The notes: a model not told the origin generated them from the sequence alone. A DNA stretch of 55,947 nucleotides, filler included, from Squatina squatina (GCA_031763465.1; 3 parts of 3 records of this genome joined end to end with filler, not necessarily neighbours in it), one strand, 5' to 3'. Shown: positions 29,641 through 44,420, numbered from the whole stretch's first letter. A program made the numbers and translations.

Positions 29641-32600
29641 ATAGAGTACAAAAGCAAAGAGGTAAAACTAAACAGTTAGAAATCATTGATTAGGCTGCAA
29701 CCAGAATATGAGGGTAGATTTTTCTCTTTGCTGTGCCCAGGAAGCGCTCGGCTATATACGTGGTGAAAAAGGATCTAGGTCCGCTCATCACCAGTCAAAT
29801 TGCCTGTTGCTCATTTAAGTTAATTTCCTGTGAAGAATGGTGCTTGGACAAGATCCTGAAGGGTGGCTGGTGCTCATCGAAGCATTCCCACCATAAGTCA
29901 GCATCCTCAGGACAGGGGGCAGAAAGCCCAAAGGGAAAGATTCAAATAAATATTGATTCCATGTAGATCTTTTATGGTCTTTATGGGCCACAGTGGCACA
30001 TTCCATTTTGTTTGGAGCCCATTTTGTGGCCTGGCAGTCAGTGTTGTTGTTTGGAATAAGGAAGTCAGGATTGAGTGTGTTATTAATTATTGGACTGTTA
30101 CATCGTATAGGTAACATCAGGAAATGAAACTAAATACCAGAAACTAAATGGGAACAATTTTGCCAAGAAATTTGTGCTTGCTCGCCACGGGCAAAAAGCT
30201 TTACATGGCATCGAAGATTGCTTCCAGGAGGATGTATCCATAACACTAAATGTTTAGTGAAATGAACACCACAACATTTGTAACCTGGATGCAGATTGCG
30301 ATGTTACAGAAGACAGAACGGATGGAACTCTACAACGCTTGCAACATATTCAGATGTTACAGAGAACTGACCTGAGCTCAACATCAAATATTGTGCTCAG
30401 TGCGTGCTGCTGACATGCAAATAACAACAATGTGTACATACCATCTTTGTTTGCTGCTGTTTAGACTTGNNNNNNNNNNNNNNNNNNNNNNNNNNNNNNN
30501 NNNNNNNNNNNNNNNNNNNNNNNNNNNNNNNNNNNNNNNNNNNNNNNNNNNNNNNNNNNNNNNNNNNNNAGGAGTCATTCCAACACCCAGTGTGAAATCA
30601 GCTCGCTCAGGCATTGCCAATCTGAATGGCTCAGTTACTCGACAAACAAACTTGCTGAGCACTGGGGAACGTTATTTAAGATGCATTAAAGCTCATGAGA
30701 CTCTATTACTGTTGCAAATGAAAAGGGAATTTGCCCGGTGCTTAAAACGAAAAAAAAATGACAGTAAAAAGACTGTGGGCACTAAGCATTTTACAAACAC
30801 GTCACTTTGATTTATAAAACAAAAAGAATTCTTACTGTTACTATTAAAAATGCTGAAAGTAAATCCTTAATTTGGGTTTGGGCTACGAGATGACATCCTG
30901 CCATTTTTGTAACTGTATCGGTTATTGGAGATTTGAAATAGATATAGGCCCATGTGGGTTTGGGAACTCTTGTGGTCTTTGTGGTGAGCACAATAAGCCC
31001 GAGCCATTCATTTTGAAGCAGGGGTGGTTATATGGAAGCAGTTGTCTGACACCAAAGTCCCCAGTGAGGTAAGCCTATTGTTGGGAAGCAGACAAACCGT
31101 TTGTACCTGTCGTAGCAGACAATGGCCATACCAGTGACAAGAGACATGACTTCATGGCCGTGGCTCCTGTGTGGCTGATCACGTTGTCTTTTAATAAACT
31201 GCACCAAGTCTTTGAATTTCAAAAAGACAGTCTNNNNNNNNNNTTTCCCAATCTTTCCCAAATGATAATTATTCAGCCACTTTTTGACATAATGATAAAT
31301 CACATTTTCTACACCGAAGACGGATGAGGTGTTTTGCTTAATTAAATGAAAGGCCTTCAGTTTTCTTTGATATAAAGTTCTGCTTGTAATAAGAGCATTG
31401 CAACATTTTATGTGTTGTGCTTCTGACAAGAGGATAAGAATTTTTTTTCATATGAATATGCAAGCTTATGCTTTGTGACATATTGCAGACAGCGATTCAT
31501 CAAAACAGAATTAGGTTGTTGCTTTATTTTCACCTGTGTGGTCTAACAAGCAAAGATTAATGTACAGAATAATGGATAATAGCGGGGAGGGAGTACCAAG
31601 TGCATATGTGTNNNNNNNNNNNNNNNNNNNNNNNNNNNNNNNNNNNNNNNNNNNNNNNNNNNNNNNNNNNNNNNNNNNNNNNNNNNNNNNNNNNNNNNNN
31701 NNNNNNNNNNNTACTTTCCACCTACATTAGAGTGATTTACGAGTGTGCTGCAGGTTTGGGATCATTAATCTAGAGCGGAAAAAATGACTTAATGTCCAGT
31801 CTGTCACAGGTGGTGCTCTTTTATACATGGGATCCTGCTTCCTCAAACTCTAACAACTTGAAATCCTACAAATTAGCACCTCACTGAGATCAAAGATTGT
31901 TCTATCTCCGACAGTCATCTATGTGTCGCTGAGGGAAGGGGACTTTCTTAAGCTGTTTCTGTCCGATTTGAAGCAGTCTATGTGTAAGACAAAAGGGAAT
32001 AATTATGTCTTGCAGTGTTTAAGAGAATAATTCAACAGTGTGGCAGATTTTGCCATCTAAAATCTAGTAAAATAGAAACCAGAGAATCACACGGAGTGAG
32101 GTTCCTCCAAACACTGATTATCGCATGTGTAAAATTTATATTGTTTGTTGTTTAGTCATTAAGCCATTTCTTATATGGTCTTCATTTTGTGGTTTATTAG
32201 TAGTCATTTTTAAAAAGTTTTTCTTGTAGTTATGAGGGACTGATTCCCATTGATAAGCCACAACCAATTGGATATTCCCTTTAGAATTGTAGTGTCAGTG
32301 TTGTACAGACAGTGACCAGACTCTCTGTCCTTTAATTTCAGAATCAGTCATCAGCCTCAGCATATTTACAGTGATTTTCAGTCTGTTATCTTACTTCACC
32401 TCTTGCTGACCCAAAACTCTTGCCCTGGAGTGTTCCTTATATCACAGCCTGTGGAGTTCCATTTGGCTCATGCAATGTTTGTACAATAAAAGTTGACAGG
32501 CATCAAATTTGGACTTGCCTGGGAATCTCTGGGACAGAGGGATTTAGCCTAGTTTGTTCAGAAGCAGTAAAACTAGTGTCTCGATGTTTTACACTATCCT

Positions 32601-33855
32601 ATTTAACCAGGTGATCTATTGCACATCCTGCATAAAAGGCTTCCTTGGTTCACAATTTACATGTGGGTCAGACTACTTTTGAATGATTTATCAAACCAAA
32701 TGATCAATATTGTGCTTGAAAGGTTGTAAGCATTACTTCTCTTTCCCATCTGTCATTCAGTAAGCTGGCTTTTAAAAAAAAACTGATACACAGGATTTCT
32801 GAGATAAAAGGCGAAACAAACTGTAGAGGTTATTAAGTCCTGACATTTCTTTTTCCTGCGTGGAAAATGTAGTTGTGATCCTCCTTGTTCATTTGTGTTG
32901 GCTGTCAGAACCTGTGAGCTGCCAAGCGTCAGTAAAGTTCCAAACTATTCATCATCGTCTGTCTGTCTTTCTCCTCCACCTTCCCCGCCCCAACGCCAGC
33001 AGCTCTCAGTACCCTGTGAAAACAGAATTTATATTGGAAGCTGAATGGAGTACAGCTAAGCCACAGAACATTATTGGATTGCTCATCTCTACATCTAGCT
33101 TTTGCAGTAAAATCAAACAATAACCGGAAAAAGAGATGGGGTGGGGGGGGGTGCAGGGGGAAAGAGAGGGAAGGTCAGGAACTCGGAGACAGAGAGAACA
33201 GTGGGGATGGTGGGGAAGAATGTGATCTAGGACTAGAGAGGGAGGGGCAGGAATGGGGAGAGGGAAGAGTGGAAGCAATCACAATACTGTGGAGTAATGG
33301 AGAGCATTTTTGCTCGCACTGGCTCCATATGAATAATTTTTAAAAGAATTTTTAGCTTACTTCATTTGGCAACCACAATAGGTGCTGAAGATTTCTGCCC
33401 GGGGACCTAAAACAGGCATAGCATCCCCTCACTTACACCTGTTTTAGACGGTCTCCAGCGTTCGGATGACTTTCAGGTGTTCTTTGGGTACGGGATATTG
33501 GTCCCCAAAATTAGCCCTTGTGCCCATTTTACAACAGTGAAATAGGCACAACAAGGTCCAATTTCTACCCATTTAGATTTTGAAGCAAACTAATTTTTTT
33601 AATATAATTTTTAAGCCCACCTTTGCTCATGGCTTGGTCATGTGATATATCAATTTTCTCAGTAATTGTGACCAAACTACTAGACTTTTCTTACAACATT
33701 TGAAGGTCATTAATAAAGGTGCAAGTCTCTTGGAATAACCTAATTTTCAGAGTAAAACCAAACAATTCAGTGTTGATCCTTCTTTATTAGATATTACCCT
33801 TGCACTTCAGCTCTTTCAACTCTTGACAGATAACAGCAACCTCACTTAGCATGTA

Positions 33856-34290
33856 AGCTGTGGCTCAATAGGTAGCACTCTTATCACTGAGTCAGAAGGT
33901 TGTGGGTTCAAACCCTACTCCAGGAACCTAACTGCAAAAATCTAGGCTGACACTCCAATGCAGTAGTGAGGAAGTGCTACACTGTCAGAGGTGCTGTCTT
34001 TCAGATGAGACGTTAAGCTGAGGCCCTACCTGCTCTCTCAAGTGGATGTAAAAGATCCTGTGGAATTATTTCAAAGAAAAGCACCAGAGTTATTCCTGGC
34101 CAATATTTATCCCTCAATCAACATAACAAAAACAGACTATCAAGTCATTGTCATATGGGAGTTTGCTGTGTGCAAATTGGCTGCTGCATTTCCTACATTA
34201 TGACACTCCAAAAATACATCATTGGCTGTAAAGTGCTTTGAGATGTCCTGTGGTTGTGAAAGGTGCTTATATAAATACAAATCTTTCTTT
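33856..34290 (+). mobile_element. Near full-length DeuSINE (SacSINE1-like)
   Basis: It has a tRNA-like head with A and B boxes (TGGCTCAATAGG; GGTTCAAACCC), the Deu core (GAGGTGCTGTCTTTCAGATGAGACGTTAA...CCTGGCCAATATTTATCCCTCAA) and the tail ATATAAATACAAATCTTTCTTTT. Confidence 0.9.
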
Positions 34291-36834
34291 TAGAATCATC
34301 CACAAATTTCATAAATTGTTAGCAGAAAACTACTTTTGTTTTTATAAGAAATCAGAAAAGGTTGCAAGATAATTCATCTGATTAATTACCAGTTGGTTGA
34401 ATTAATTTTATTTCAAATTTTTGTAAAGTAATAATAGAAGTATAACTTCTTCTATAGGGAAACCCAGAATGTTCTGGAGAACCTTAAATAAATTGTTGAC
34501 AGGATCAAAAATTTTGAAGATCAAACTTCACAACATATGTTTTGCGGTTTTAATACTTTGTGAGTCAAATTTAATTTAATAGCATACTCTTAATTTAAAT
34601 TAATCCAAAATCACTTGTGGTCAAAGAGACAATAATTTCAAAATGTGACACGGGGCTATCTGTAAAAATGAAAAGGGTGCAAGTGGAATAGAGATCAATG
34701 AGGAAGGGTGCAAGGGAGCGGGAGAGGCCGAGCGGGAGCTTAAACAGCGGCAGCAGCTAACCCCTCTCACAGAACGGCTGCGGCATTCCAGAGGCGCAAA
34801 AAANNNNNNNNNNNNNNNNNNNNNNNNNNNNNNNNNNNNNNNNNNNNNNNNNNNNNNNNNNNNNNNNNNNNNNNNNNNNNNNNNNNNNNNNNNNNNNNNN
34901 NNNGCCAATAAAAACGTCAAGCTTACATTTGTCACCATGCATGTAAACTAATATCTCTCTGAGCCCCGCATCCAAAGCCCCAATCTACACTCCCGTTGTA
35001 TGGAACTCTGTTTCAGGAACACTAATTGTAAAGTTTACCTGATGATCTTGAAGAAAATTTATACATTTTGACAAATTTAAAGCTTTGCTGTGTGGATTTA
35101 ATAGTTAATGGCGTCGCCTGAGTAGAGGTAGGTGAACTGTACCTTTCAAAAAGAGAGATTGACTCCACTTCATTTTCTGTCTGTTACTTTATTAAATCAA
35201 AACATTAAACTGAAGAATTAAATACAGTACAGTACTACATAAATCAGGACTAAAAACAATTCCTTTAAATCCACAAGGCGTTCCTTGTACGTGGGTAAAC
35301 AAAGTAACTATCATTTTTTGGGTGTTTATTTAAATATTACACAGTTCATACTCTGTAAAGGCGATATCAGTCCTTATGTGTTAAGTCATAGCATGACCCA
35401 CCGAGATCACAGGCTGCATTCACCCAGAGGACAGCTGAGCCATCCTTCATGCATATCTGCGGAAAGTTGTCGCTGGTGATAACCTCTCACCCCAGGTTGG
35501 CTGGTCCTTTGTAGGCAAACCATAGGGGGCGGTGGGGGGTGGGGGATAGAGTTATGATTCTTTTTAGTTCACTAGTTTAATGGGAATTGTTGCAGTTTTG
35601 AGGAGGGCGAATAGCCCAGAAGAATTAGGCCTCGTATTCACCATGACAATGTTAGGGCCTGTCATAACCTACTGATAAAATTTGACAAGAATCACTTCAT
35701 TCTGTAAATGACATCTCATGATGCAATTACGTTTATTTACTGCAATGCTTTCCATATAATNNNNNNNNNNGGTGCCAGTAATTTCAAGTGATCATTCTGT
35801 GAGTGGATTACAAATAGTAACCAAAGCATTCATAAAATATTTAGCAGACCGTTTTAGCCAATATGTACAAAATTTGTTACCAAAGCAAGTGCATATATCA
35901 ATTATTTTTAAAAAAGAGGCCAAAATTCCCCTGTTCCGCGCCTCCGGTTAGCACCTCCAGGGGGGCGCTAACAGGGCGCGAAACTGTTTTGTCCCGGGGA
36001 GTGGGGGAACGTTACTGGCTCCTGCAAAATCGCATNNNNNNNNNNNNNNNNNNNNNNNNNNNNNNNNNNNNNNNNNNNNNNNNNNNNNNNNNNNNNNNNN
36101 NNNNNNNNNNNNNNNNNNNNNNNNNNNNNNNNNNNCATATGAAGTGACCAGAATGATTCAATTTGTTATTAGGCTGATTGAAAAACAAGATTAGTTTTAA
36201 GAAACTGTGAAATCCTGTGGGAGTGGGTGGCGTGGGCCCTGAGAGCCCTCTATCATTTGTCATTTCATTTGAGACTTCACATTAACTGGATGGCTGCCCA
36301 GGCACAGTTGCCTTGTTGACAGGAAATAGGAAGAAATATTGCCAAGGCCATCTCATTACAATAAATGTCCTCTGGATATTTTCCTGATAAATCTGCCCAG
36401 TCACAGGTTATTAGTACTCATTTAAGAGGGGAAAACAAAAACTACTGTTCCTCTGATTTTCACCAGGAAGCAATTAAAGAAAGGAAGGCTGGGGAGAACT
36501 TTCGTGGAAAAACACAGCCTAACATCTTTCTCTTACAAAATATGTTACCATATCTAGCACCTTTTGGTAAATATTCCATTTTGCTGGATATTTTTAGCCA
36601 CACTGAGAAATTACGATTTCAGTAAGATCTCCTCTTTTGCCCTGCTTCCAGTTAATATAGATTGAGGGGATGTCCTAGAGGCACCAGCATTGACTTAACA
36701 ATGCAATGCTTCATAGGATTGTGGTATCCGATCCATAGCTGCCCACCCTAGAAAAACTACTGCTGCCTCAATATGAAACAGTGCCCAGCTAGAAGTGTTT
36801 TGCACTAGGTTGCGTGACTACATGCAATGTATGG

Positions 36835-36935
36835 CAATATAAACTAAAGGGTACAATTCTAAAGGGGGTGCATGAACAGAGAGACTTGGGGGTATATGTG
36901 CACAAATCATTGAAGGTGGCAGGGCAGGTTGAGAT
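36835..36935 (+). mobile_element. CR1 ORF2 fragment
   Basis: YKLKGTILKGVHEQRDLGVYVHKSLKVAGQVE contains the RDLGV motif. Confidence 0.75.
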
Positions 36936-36937
36936 AG

Positions 36938-37058
36938 CATCAGTTTCCACATGTACGCTGATGACACACAACTCTACCTCACTACCACTTCTCTTGACCC
37001 CTCCACAGTCTCTAAATTGTCCGGCATCCAGTTCTGGATAAGCAGAAATATTCTCCAG
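36938..37058 (+). mobile_element. L2-type LINE RT fragment
   Basis: FHMYADDTQLYL contains the catalytic YADD motif. Confidence 0.8.
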
Positions 37059-39713
37059 NNNNNNNNNNNNNNNNNNNNNNNNNNNNNNNNNNNNNNNNNN
37101 NNNNNNNNNNNNNNNNNNNNNNNNNNNNNNNNNNNNNNNNNNNNNNNNNNNNNNNNNNAAAATGAGTCAGCGTTGAAACTCAAAGAGTTTTGATGTTATA
37201 GTTCAAAAGTAATCATCTTTATTTCAGCTCTAGAAAGTATATAACAGGCACTCTGCATCGACAGCTGCAGGGAAATACAGGACAAATCAGGGACAATTAA
37301 ATATGTAAAAGTTAAAAATCTACAACCAAAGGAGTGCAACAAGCCCGTGAACAGCATTCAGTGACAAAATATACATTTTGACAAATTTGCCATGCTCATT
37401 TATTTAAACAAAAGCTAAATTGGAAACAACTCCCAACAAATACTTTATATAAATTTATAAATATTCAGTGAGTTTTAACAGTTGATGGTAAACTTCTTGT
37501 TAAATAGAGACAGGAAACATAGATCTTAAAAGTGGATATCAGCTACATTAAATCAATGTTTAAACACAGCAGCCTGATGAGTTTTACGGTTATCCTGAAA
37601 GATTTCGAATTGTGTCAGCCAGGGCTACATTTATTGCGATTTGATGACCGTGAGGAGATAATTTTACCCTAATATTTGCAACACAGGTAAATTAAAGTAA
37701 GATGGATTTGCATATACAATGAAATCACCTAAAGCAACGATAAGTATAGTCATGTGACTTTTTCTTGTTGCACGTGCACACATTTCACAGAAATGATGCA
37801 TTACGTCATCACCAGTTTCACAGTTTCCCTAAAATTGAACATAATTAAGGGTACCACAGGATATTTTCTGCAAGTCGTACATCATATTAAAAAAAGGCCT
37901 ATTGAACCTTACAGAAAAGAGAATTTATCCAGAAGCCAGCTAAGAAGGATTGATCCTTGAGGTTTTTTTGTTTCGTTTTTTGTTTAATTAACGCAGCATT
38001 CGACCAAATTTATACATTTTTTGGATGCCATGTGTTTTAAGGCACTTGAGACAATGCCAAACCTAGTCTAGCCTATGAGAGAAATGATCTTTACAATGTT
38101 TCAGAAATTTTAGGCAGCAAACCTTTTGGTTTTTTCTTACAGTTCAATAGCGTCGGGTTATTTGATAGAATTTTGAGTGTGGCCGAGTCCAAAGGTGAAT
38201 GAAGTGGTAATAAAGCAAATATATAAAGTCAGCTAAAACAGAAAGGAAAGTTTAAGTCACACAAAAAGTCTCAGCACCCAAAACATATCTGCTTATTTAC
38301 AATAATATGGAGCTTGTGGTCCTATTAAATAAAAACAGTAGATATTACATTTTAAAAATATAGAGCTGCAAATGTGACCGAGTCTCTTGACCCACGGTGT
38401 TTGATTGCTACTTTGCGTGAGATTGTATCTCGAGCTTCCTCCTTCACTTTCCCCCTCAGTGTATCTCAACATTGTCTCTGCTTCCATGGTTTTCTCTTCA
38501 AAACACAAGCTACAAGTTTTTTTTAATTTCTTGTACCCAGAGGATTGGTAAAGTCTACCCTTTGATGGAAAAAGGCTGCTCTTTTAATGGTACAAAGCAA
38601 CCAATGAGGGAGTAATCTTTTTCCAATTTTCTTAGCTTGAGAATTGGAAAAGTTGAAGCCAACAGCATAAAAATGTTTTTGAACAAGAGTATTAATTTTT
38701 GCACAAGTGTGCAACTTTACTCGGACTTTAAGCCATATAGGTTCACTCGCTGGATCTAACAGGCAGGACATAGCTTTTCTATATTATGTAATTATCACAA
38801 TTTATTATTTGACATGTAAATGTAATCAACAGTGGATAAAAATTATGGCCCTGAAATTGTGATGGCCCCGGGTGGGAACGATGTTCCCATGCACCCGGGG
38901 AGACATCGCAAAAGCCGGTTATGGGGCTGTACAATGTAATCCCACATAACTGGCATTTGCGATCTATCCAGAAACTTCTGGACAGATCCAACACTGAGGC
39001 TGCGAAGCCCATCCCTAGCACAGAGCTTTGCGATATTTCTGCAAAGCTTTTTGCTGGGGATCTCTTCAAANNNNNNNNNNNNNNNNNNNNNNNNNNNNNN
39101 NNNNNNNNNNNNNNNNNNNNNNNNNNNNNNNNNNNNNNNNNNNNNNNNNNNNNNNNNNNNNNNNNNNNNNCCCACAACTTTTTGACTCAGAGGTGAGAGT
39201 GCTACCAACTGAGCTAGGCTGATGGTTCATTGTCAATGTTTATCGGATAACCGAGACTGCATTTGTGACATAGTTATTGCCCCATCAAGCTTGTTTATGA
39301 ATGCTGGGAAAGCAGCTTTTGAATCTGGTTTCTGCTAACATTTGAACTAGGGGTTTGCCTGAGGTGAGGTGTGGCACCAGTCAGACAGATTGTACAGGGG
39401 AGGGTGACCTGCGTCTTCTAGTGGCTTAGAAAGAGACAAATTGCATGTTCAGAGATGCCTGCGTGCAGCACTGTTTGCAGCCTCCTCTCAGTTTGGGAAA
39501 TAGACAGTGTGGATCTAGAGGGATAAAACGGTCACAGTAAGTCAGAGGAGGGACATCAGAAATGTGACTTGTGAAGTGTGACAGGAAGTGTATGTTGTGC
39601 GACAGGAAGTGTGTGTTGTGCACACAAGTCTTGTAATATGTTAATGATGGATGAGCAGACTGAATTAGCTATATACAATGTAGGGTGTTGTGATTCTGTT
39701 CTGGATTTTCTCA

Positions 39714-39878
<165 letters not shown>

Positions 39879-40717
39879 CTAATCACACAGACAAGTAAGT
39901 TTAAGTTGTGACTTTGTTAAGTCCTTCTGGGCTGCAATCTGAGTGACCGATGCAGACATTACTTAATGTTGGACTTAGACACTATTTAGAGATCAAGCTC
40001 GCTCTTCATTTACTGGGTTGTGCAGAGTGAGGATGTGAATGGGTGGGAGTTCATGGCTGCAGTTTCCCTTAAGACAAGCTCCTGATTGTGACAGCAGCTG
40101 ATTTCCTTCCTGCCAAGAAGGGAAATTACTGTAGGTTTTGTGCACAACCGCTGCCCCAAAGGTCATCTGATGAGCAACATGGGCAGAAGCTTGAAAACAG
40201 ATGGATTGAGGCCTGAGGCCTGAGGCCTGACTTCGCTCTTGTTCGGGGAAATGAGGTTGGGAATCTAAACTAGGGGAGAAAACATTTACAGGGGTGAAGT
40301 GACCCGAACATGACGGGACCTTGTCAATAGTTAGACTGTTGGGCTTCAATTTCCTGGAAAACTGGCTATTGGAGCTATAAAATCCAATCTTTTGGGATAT
40401 GGCTCTCACATTCAAGTTGGGCAGAGGAAAGCAGGCAAGTATAGATATTTACTTTCAGGTTAAAAAGTAGATCAGTGGGATGGATCATGTAGAGGAACAA
40501 TGAAAGCAAGCAAANNNNTATTCAAGAGAGAGAGAATGATGGACAGAGAGGGAAGGACGAGCAGAATTGAATTGATTTTCCTAGAATTTATTTTCTAAGT
40601 GTTGCTTTAGCTATCTTTAATATAACAGTATAAAGGCACTTGTGGATTCTGGTTCATGTTTGATTCAGTGCTGCAGTCTATGAGCTGAACGCTTTAATAG
40701 CCAGCCAAGGGGGCTTA

Positions 40718-41062
<345 letters not shown>

Positions 41063-41827
41063 CTATATATTGGACTCCGCCTTGATGCAAAGCGTGCACA
41101 CTCTTTATGCAAATATTATTGTAATGCAGATTATGAGGTAAACTGCTCGGTATCATGGAGGAACTGGCTGAAGGGTTTTAATCTTGGGCGTCACTGCGCA
41201 CAATGTTATTGTATGGAGACTTAAAGCGATAGTGTGAAATTCATCCCTCCACAATCTTAATCGAGCTGCCCTCTGTGAAAATAACGGAGAGAGGAACCTG
41301 CGGTGTTTGTGTAAAAACATTGTCCACAGCAATTCCCAGGCTTTGAAGATGATGGAGGTCACGATGGGAGGTGGATTTTAGAGGTTTGTGGATCCTGAAC
41401 CAGAGAGCATGATGATAAACTGAAGGAACCACAGCCGTGACATAACTTGAGGCATAAATGTCATACACAGTGTAGTTATCCCATGCATTGAACTAACACT
41501 TAGCACAATGAAAATGGACTGAGTGAGGTCCTTGGATGGATGATGCAAGCTGGATGGGCTGAGTGGCTTGTTTGCAAGTTCCAATTTGGATGATGCAGTT
41601 TAGTTATTTTGAATACAAAAGGTGCCACATACCTTTTAACATTGTCTTCTCTGTATCTACGGAAAAAGGTCAGTAAAATATTATTCAAGAAAAAGGATGC
41701 CACCACTTTGCTGGGCGTCTGTCCCTTTAAGGACAGCAGTTAGTTACGAATGCTTTAATAGGTTTTTGGGCAGCTTCCCTTTTTAAAAATAAATCTGAGA
41801 GTTAGAAATATTGGGAGCAACTTTCAA

Positions 41828-41969
41828 GTTGACTGCCTGGGCAGTGACCTGCCAGAGCGAGCTCTCCGTCCATTAGAGAACCGATCCGTCCGTTTCAATG
41901 GTACAAAGTCAGGCAGGATCTACAATGGGCGGGAGATTCACTCTGTCAAGTTACTGTCCAGGCAGCGAC
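41828..41969. mobile_element. Palindromic MITE-like element with ~48-bp imperfect inverted arms
   Basis: The left arm TGCCTGGGCAGTGACCTGCCAGAGCGAGCTCTCCGTCCATT matches the reverse complement of the right arm, TGCCTGGACAGTAACTTGACAGAGTGAATCTCCCGCCCATT. Confidence 0.7.
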
Positions 41970-43253
41970 GGCTAGATTATTAGTTCAGGCCCCTGGATTG
42001 CTAGTCCAATAACATAACCACTTCACTACGTTACCCCTAAATGTTGGCATACTTCAAAAATTTAATCCTTGAGATTATTTCTTCTTTTTTCTCTAGCTAA
42101 TTTAATACATTGCAAATTTTTTAAAAGAGGTGTTTAGAAAAAGAGTGGCACATGCACTCTTTTTTATTTATAAAACTCGGCGCTGCAGTTTAATAAAATG
42201 GACTTGAAGAATTCATTCGGCGAAAGCAGTGCAACTTGGTTTAGCTCTGCCGTTCCCTCCTGCACAGATGTTTCTCAAAGTACTGAGGGTCCAGATCAAA
42301 GCTGTGGCCAATAATTCACTCCACACAAGACTTTAACAGTGTGCAATTTAAACACCTATGAAACGGTGAAACAATCCANNNNNNNNNNNNNNNNNNNNNN
42401 NNNNNNNNNNNNNNNNNNNNNNNNNNNNNNNNNNNNNNNNNNNNNNNNNNNNNNNNNNNNNNNNNNNNNNNNNNNNNNTCCTGCCCTACTAACTCTGGTG
42501 GCTGCGGTGGAGAGGAGGGCTGACAGGCTCTTCTCCCCTGCTGGAAGAAGGGGCATGGCCAGAATGGTCCACCGCTAGAGCAGCCCCCATGGCCGATTTG
42601 TACCGATCTGGTCACCAATTAAATGCTCAGCCAAAGGCAATGTTTAGTGAGGGAAATGCAGCTCGCAAACAATGCCTCCAATGCGTTTCAAGCGCCAACA
42701 ATATGATTTAGGTTTCCAAGTTGTGAGACACACCTGGCCCTTTAAACTGTGCCAAAAAAGAATGGAGGGGGTGTGTCACCACCTGAAAAACTGAGTGGAG
42801 TCACCGCGACTTTTAAAGGTTCTAAACGGAAGCTAATACATTGTCGGGCGGCCATTTTGGGCGCTGCGCCTGATGATGACATCATGGAGGTCATCCAACG
42901 CCCAACGCCAAGTTTCTAGTGCTGCTGGAGCAGTGCACATTTAGTGCTAGTGCTGCTCCGACACCAATTCAGCATTGGAGCACCTTAGTGCCCAAAAATG
43001 GGCGTTAGACCCCTAGCGCCCGTTTAGCGCTCATTTAACACTTGCACCGGCAGTCCAATTGGGCGCCGCCTGACTTCAGGCCACAACTAAAAAATAAATT
43101 ATTATCTTACATTCCCAAAGTGGCTGTAAAACACTTTGAAATGTCCTGAGTTTGTAAAAAGTGCTATATAAATGCAAGTTCATTATTTTAATGATTAGAA
43201 TAAGAGATAGCTTTAGACAAACCAGTTGTATATTAAAAAAAAAGTGCACCTAC

Positions 43254-43350
43254 CAGTTCAACTCTCCCAAATCCTCCAACTCCCAGCGTATCAATGATGT
43301 TAAAATCACATAGTTTCAGGTTTGAAAAGAAGGCGTTCTCAGCTTCATAT
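43254..43350 (-). CDS. PRKG1: cGMP-dependent protein kinase 1, internal exon (Gly-rich loop)
   Basis: tctag|A TAT GAA GCT...GAA CTG|gtaggt, 97 bp, encoding [32 protein letters not shown]. Confidence 0.95.
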
Positions 43351-44269
43351 CTAGATTTCGTCACATGAAAAAATGGAAAGTTCTTAGTTGTGATGAAATG
43401 GCAATTCTGTAGCATTATTACAGTATTTTAGGACACTGAGATCGATCTGTTTAAGCTGGTCCTTCAACTGAGGCCTACACTTTGTAATATAAATCGACCA
43501 TGCTCTGGTCCCAGAAATCCAACACAAAAATTTATAGGTTCTGCAGTTTCTCTCCATCCATCGAGTCAGGAACATAGGATCTTGCTGGTGATAATCCTGG
43601 ACAAAGCACATTCCTCTTTAGGTCTCTCGTTCCTTCATTTTGCTTTGGCAAATATTTTTCGTTACAGATTTTAATTACCAATCTTTCAAGGCAAGGGAAA
43701 GGAGGAGATGATTTTCCACATCTCATTATCTGAGGTAGCTCCCAAACCTACTCCTCATCTGCAGCTGGCAGAGATTGTCCAGAGGNNNNNNNNNNNNNNN
43801 NNNNNNNNNNNNNNNNNNNNNNNNNNNNNNNNNNNNNNNNNNNNNNNNNNNNNNNNNNNNNNNNNNNNNNNNNNNNNNNNNNNNNAAGTACAATATGCTG
43901 AAAAACAGCCTTGCGTGTAACAGCTGTTACTAAGTGGCATGCTCAACCCCAGCCTTTGCAAGCTTCCAATTGTGCAGAAGCTATAGGTATTGGAGATCAA
44001 AAAAGTAACAATACCACAGTAAAGTCCCTTGTGGTGCCAATCAGCTCAGATATCATAATCGAGCTGCTCAAAGCTGCTCAAATAATGTTCAACCTAGTGT
44101 ATCCATAGCAGGCATATTTGAATGATGGTTGGTTTTCTCTGCAGCCTCCTGTATCTTATTACAGGAGACTGGTGGGATCATCATTTACATTAAACATGCT
44201 TTCATCTTCCCAGAACTGAATTCCAAAATAAACCAGAAGAGTTTATCCTGATTGGATTAGGCTATTATC

Positions 44270-44420
44270 CTCTGACAGCTTGCCCTAAATTCTGCCCTCA
44301 TCCTGCCCCACACTAGTCCCTCTCGTCCATCACCCAATCTCCTCACTGACATANNNNNNNNNNACACTGGCTCCCACTGCTCCAGCACTTCAAATTGGGA
44401 CATTCGTGCGTTCAAAGCAT
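44270..44420 (+). mobile_element. Old L2 LINE ORF2 C-terminal remnant
   Basis: CCATCACCCAATCTCCTCACTGAC...CACTGGCTCCCA resembles the L2 motif ITPxLxxLHWLP. Confidence 0.5.

Noticed and set aside
33856-33930. tRNA gene
   Set aside because: The tRNA-like segment continues directly into the SINE body.
29641-39700. DKK1 exons and PRKG1 terminal exons or 3' UTR
   Set aside because: I looked for them by eye and did not find them. The AT-rich stretch at ~37160-38800 could be UTR, but nothing supports that directly.
41300-41365. Possible PRKG1 exon (WELLWTM resembling GGELWTI)
   Set aside because: The flanking residues do not match LYRTFKDSKYLYMLMEAC and I saw no fitting splice sites. The region looks like decayed repeat.
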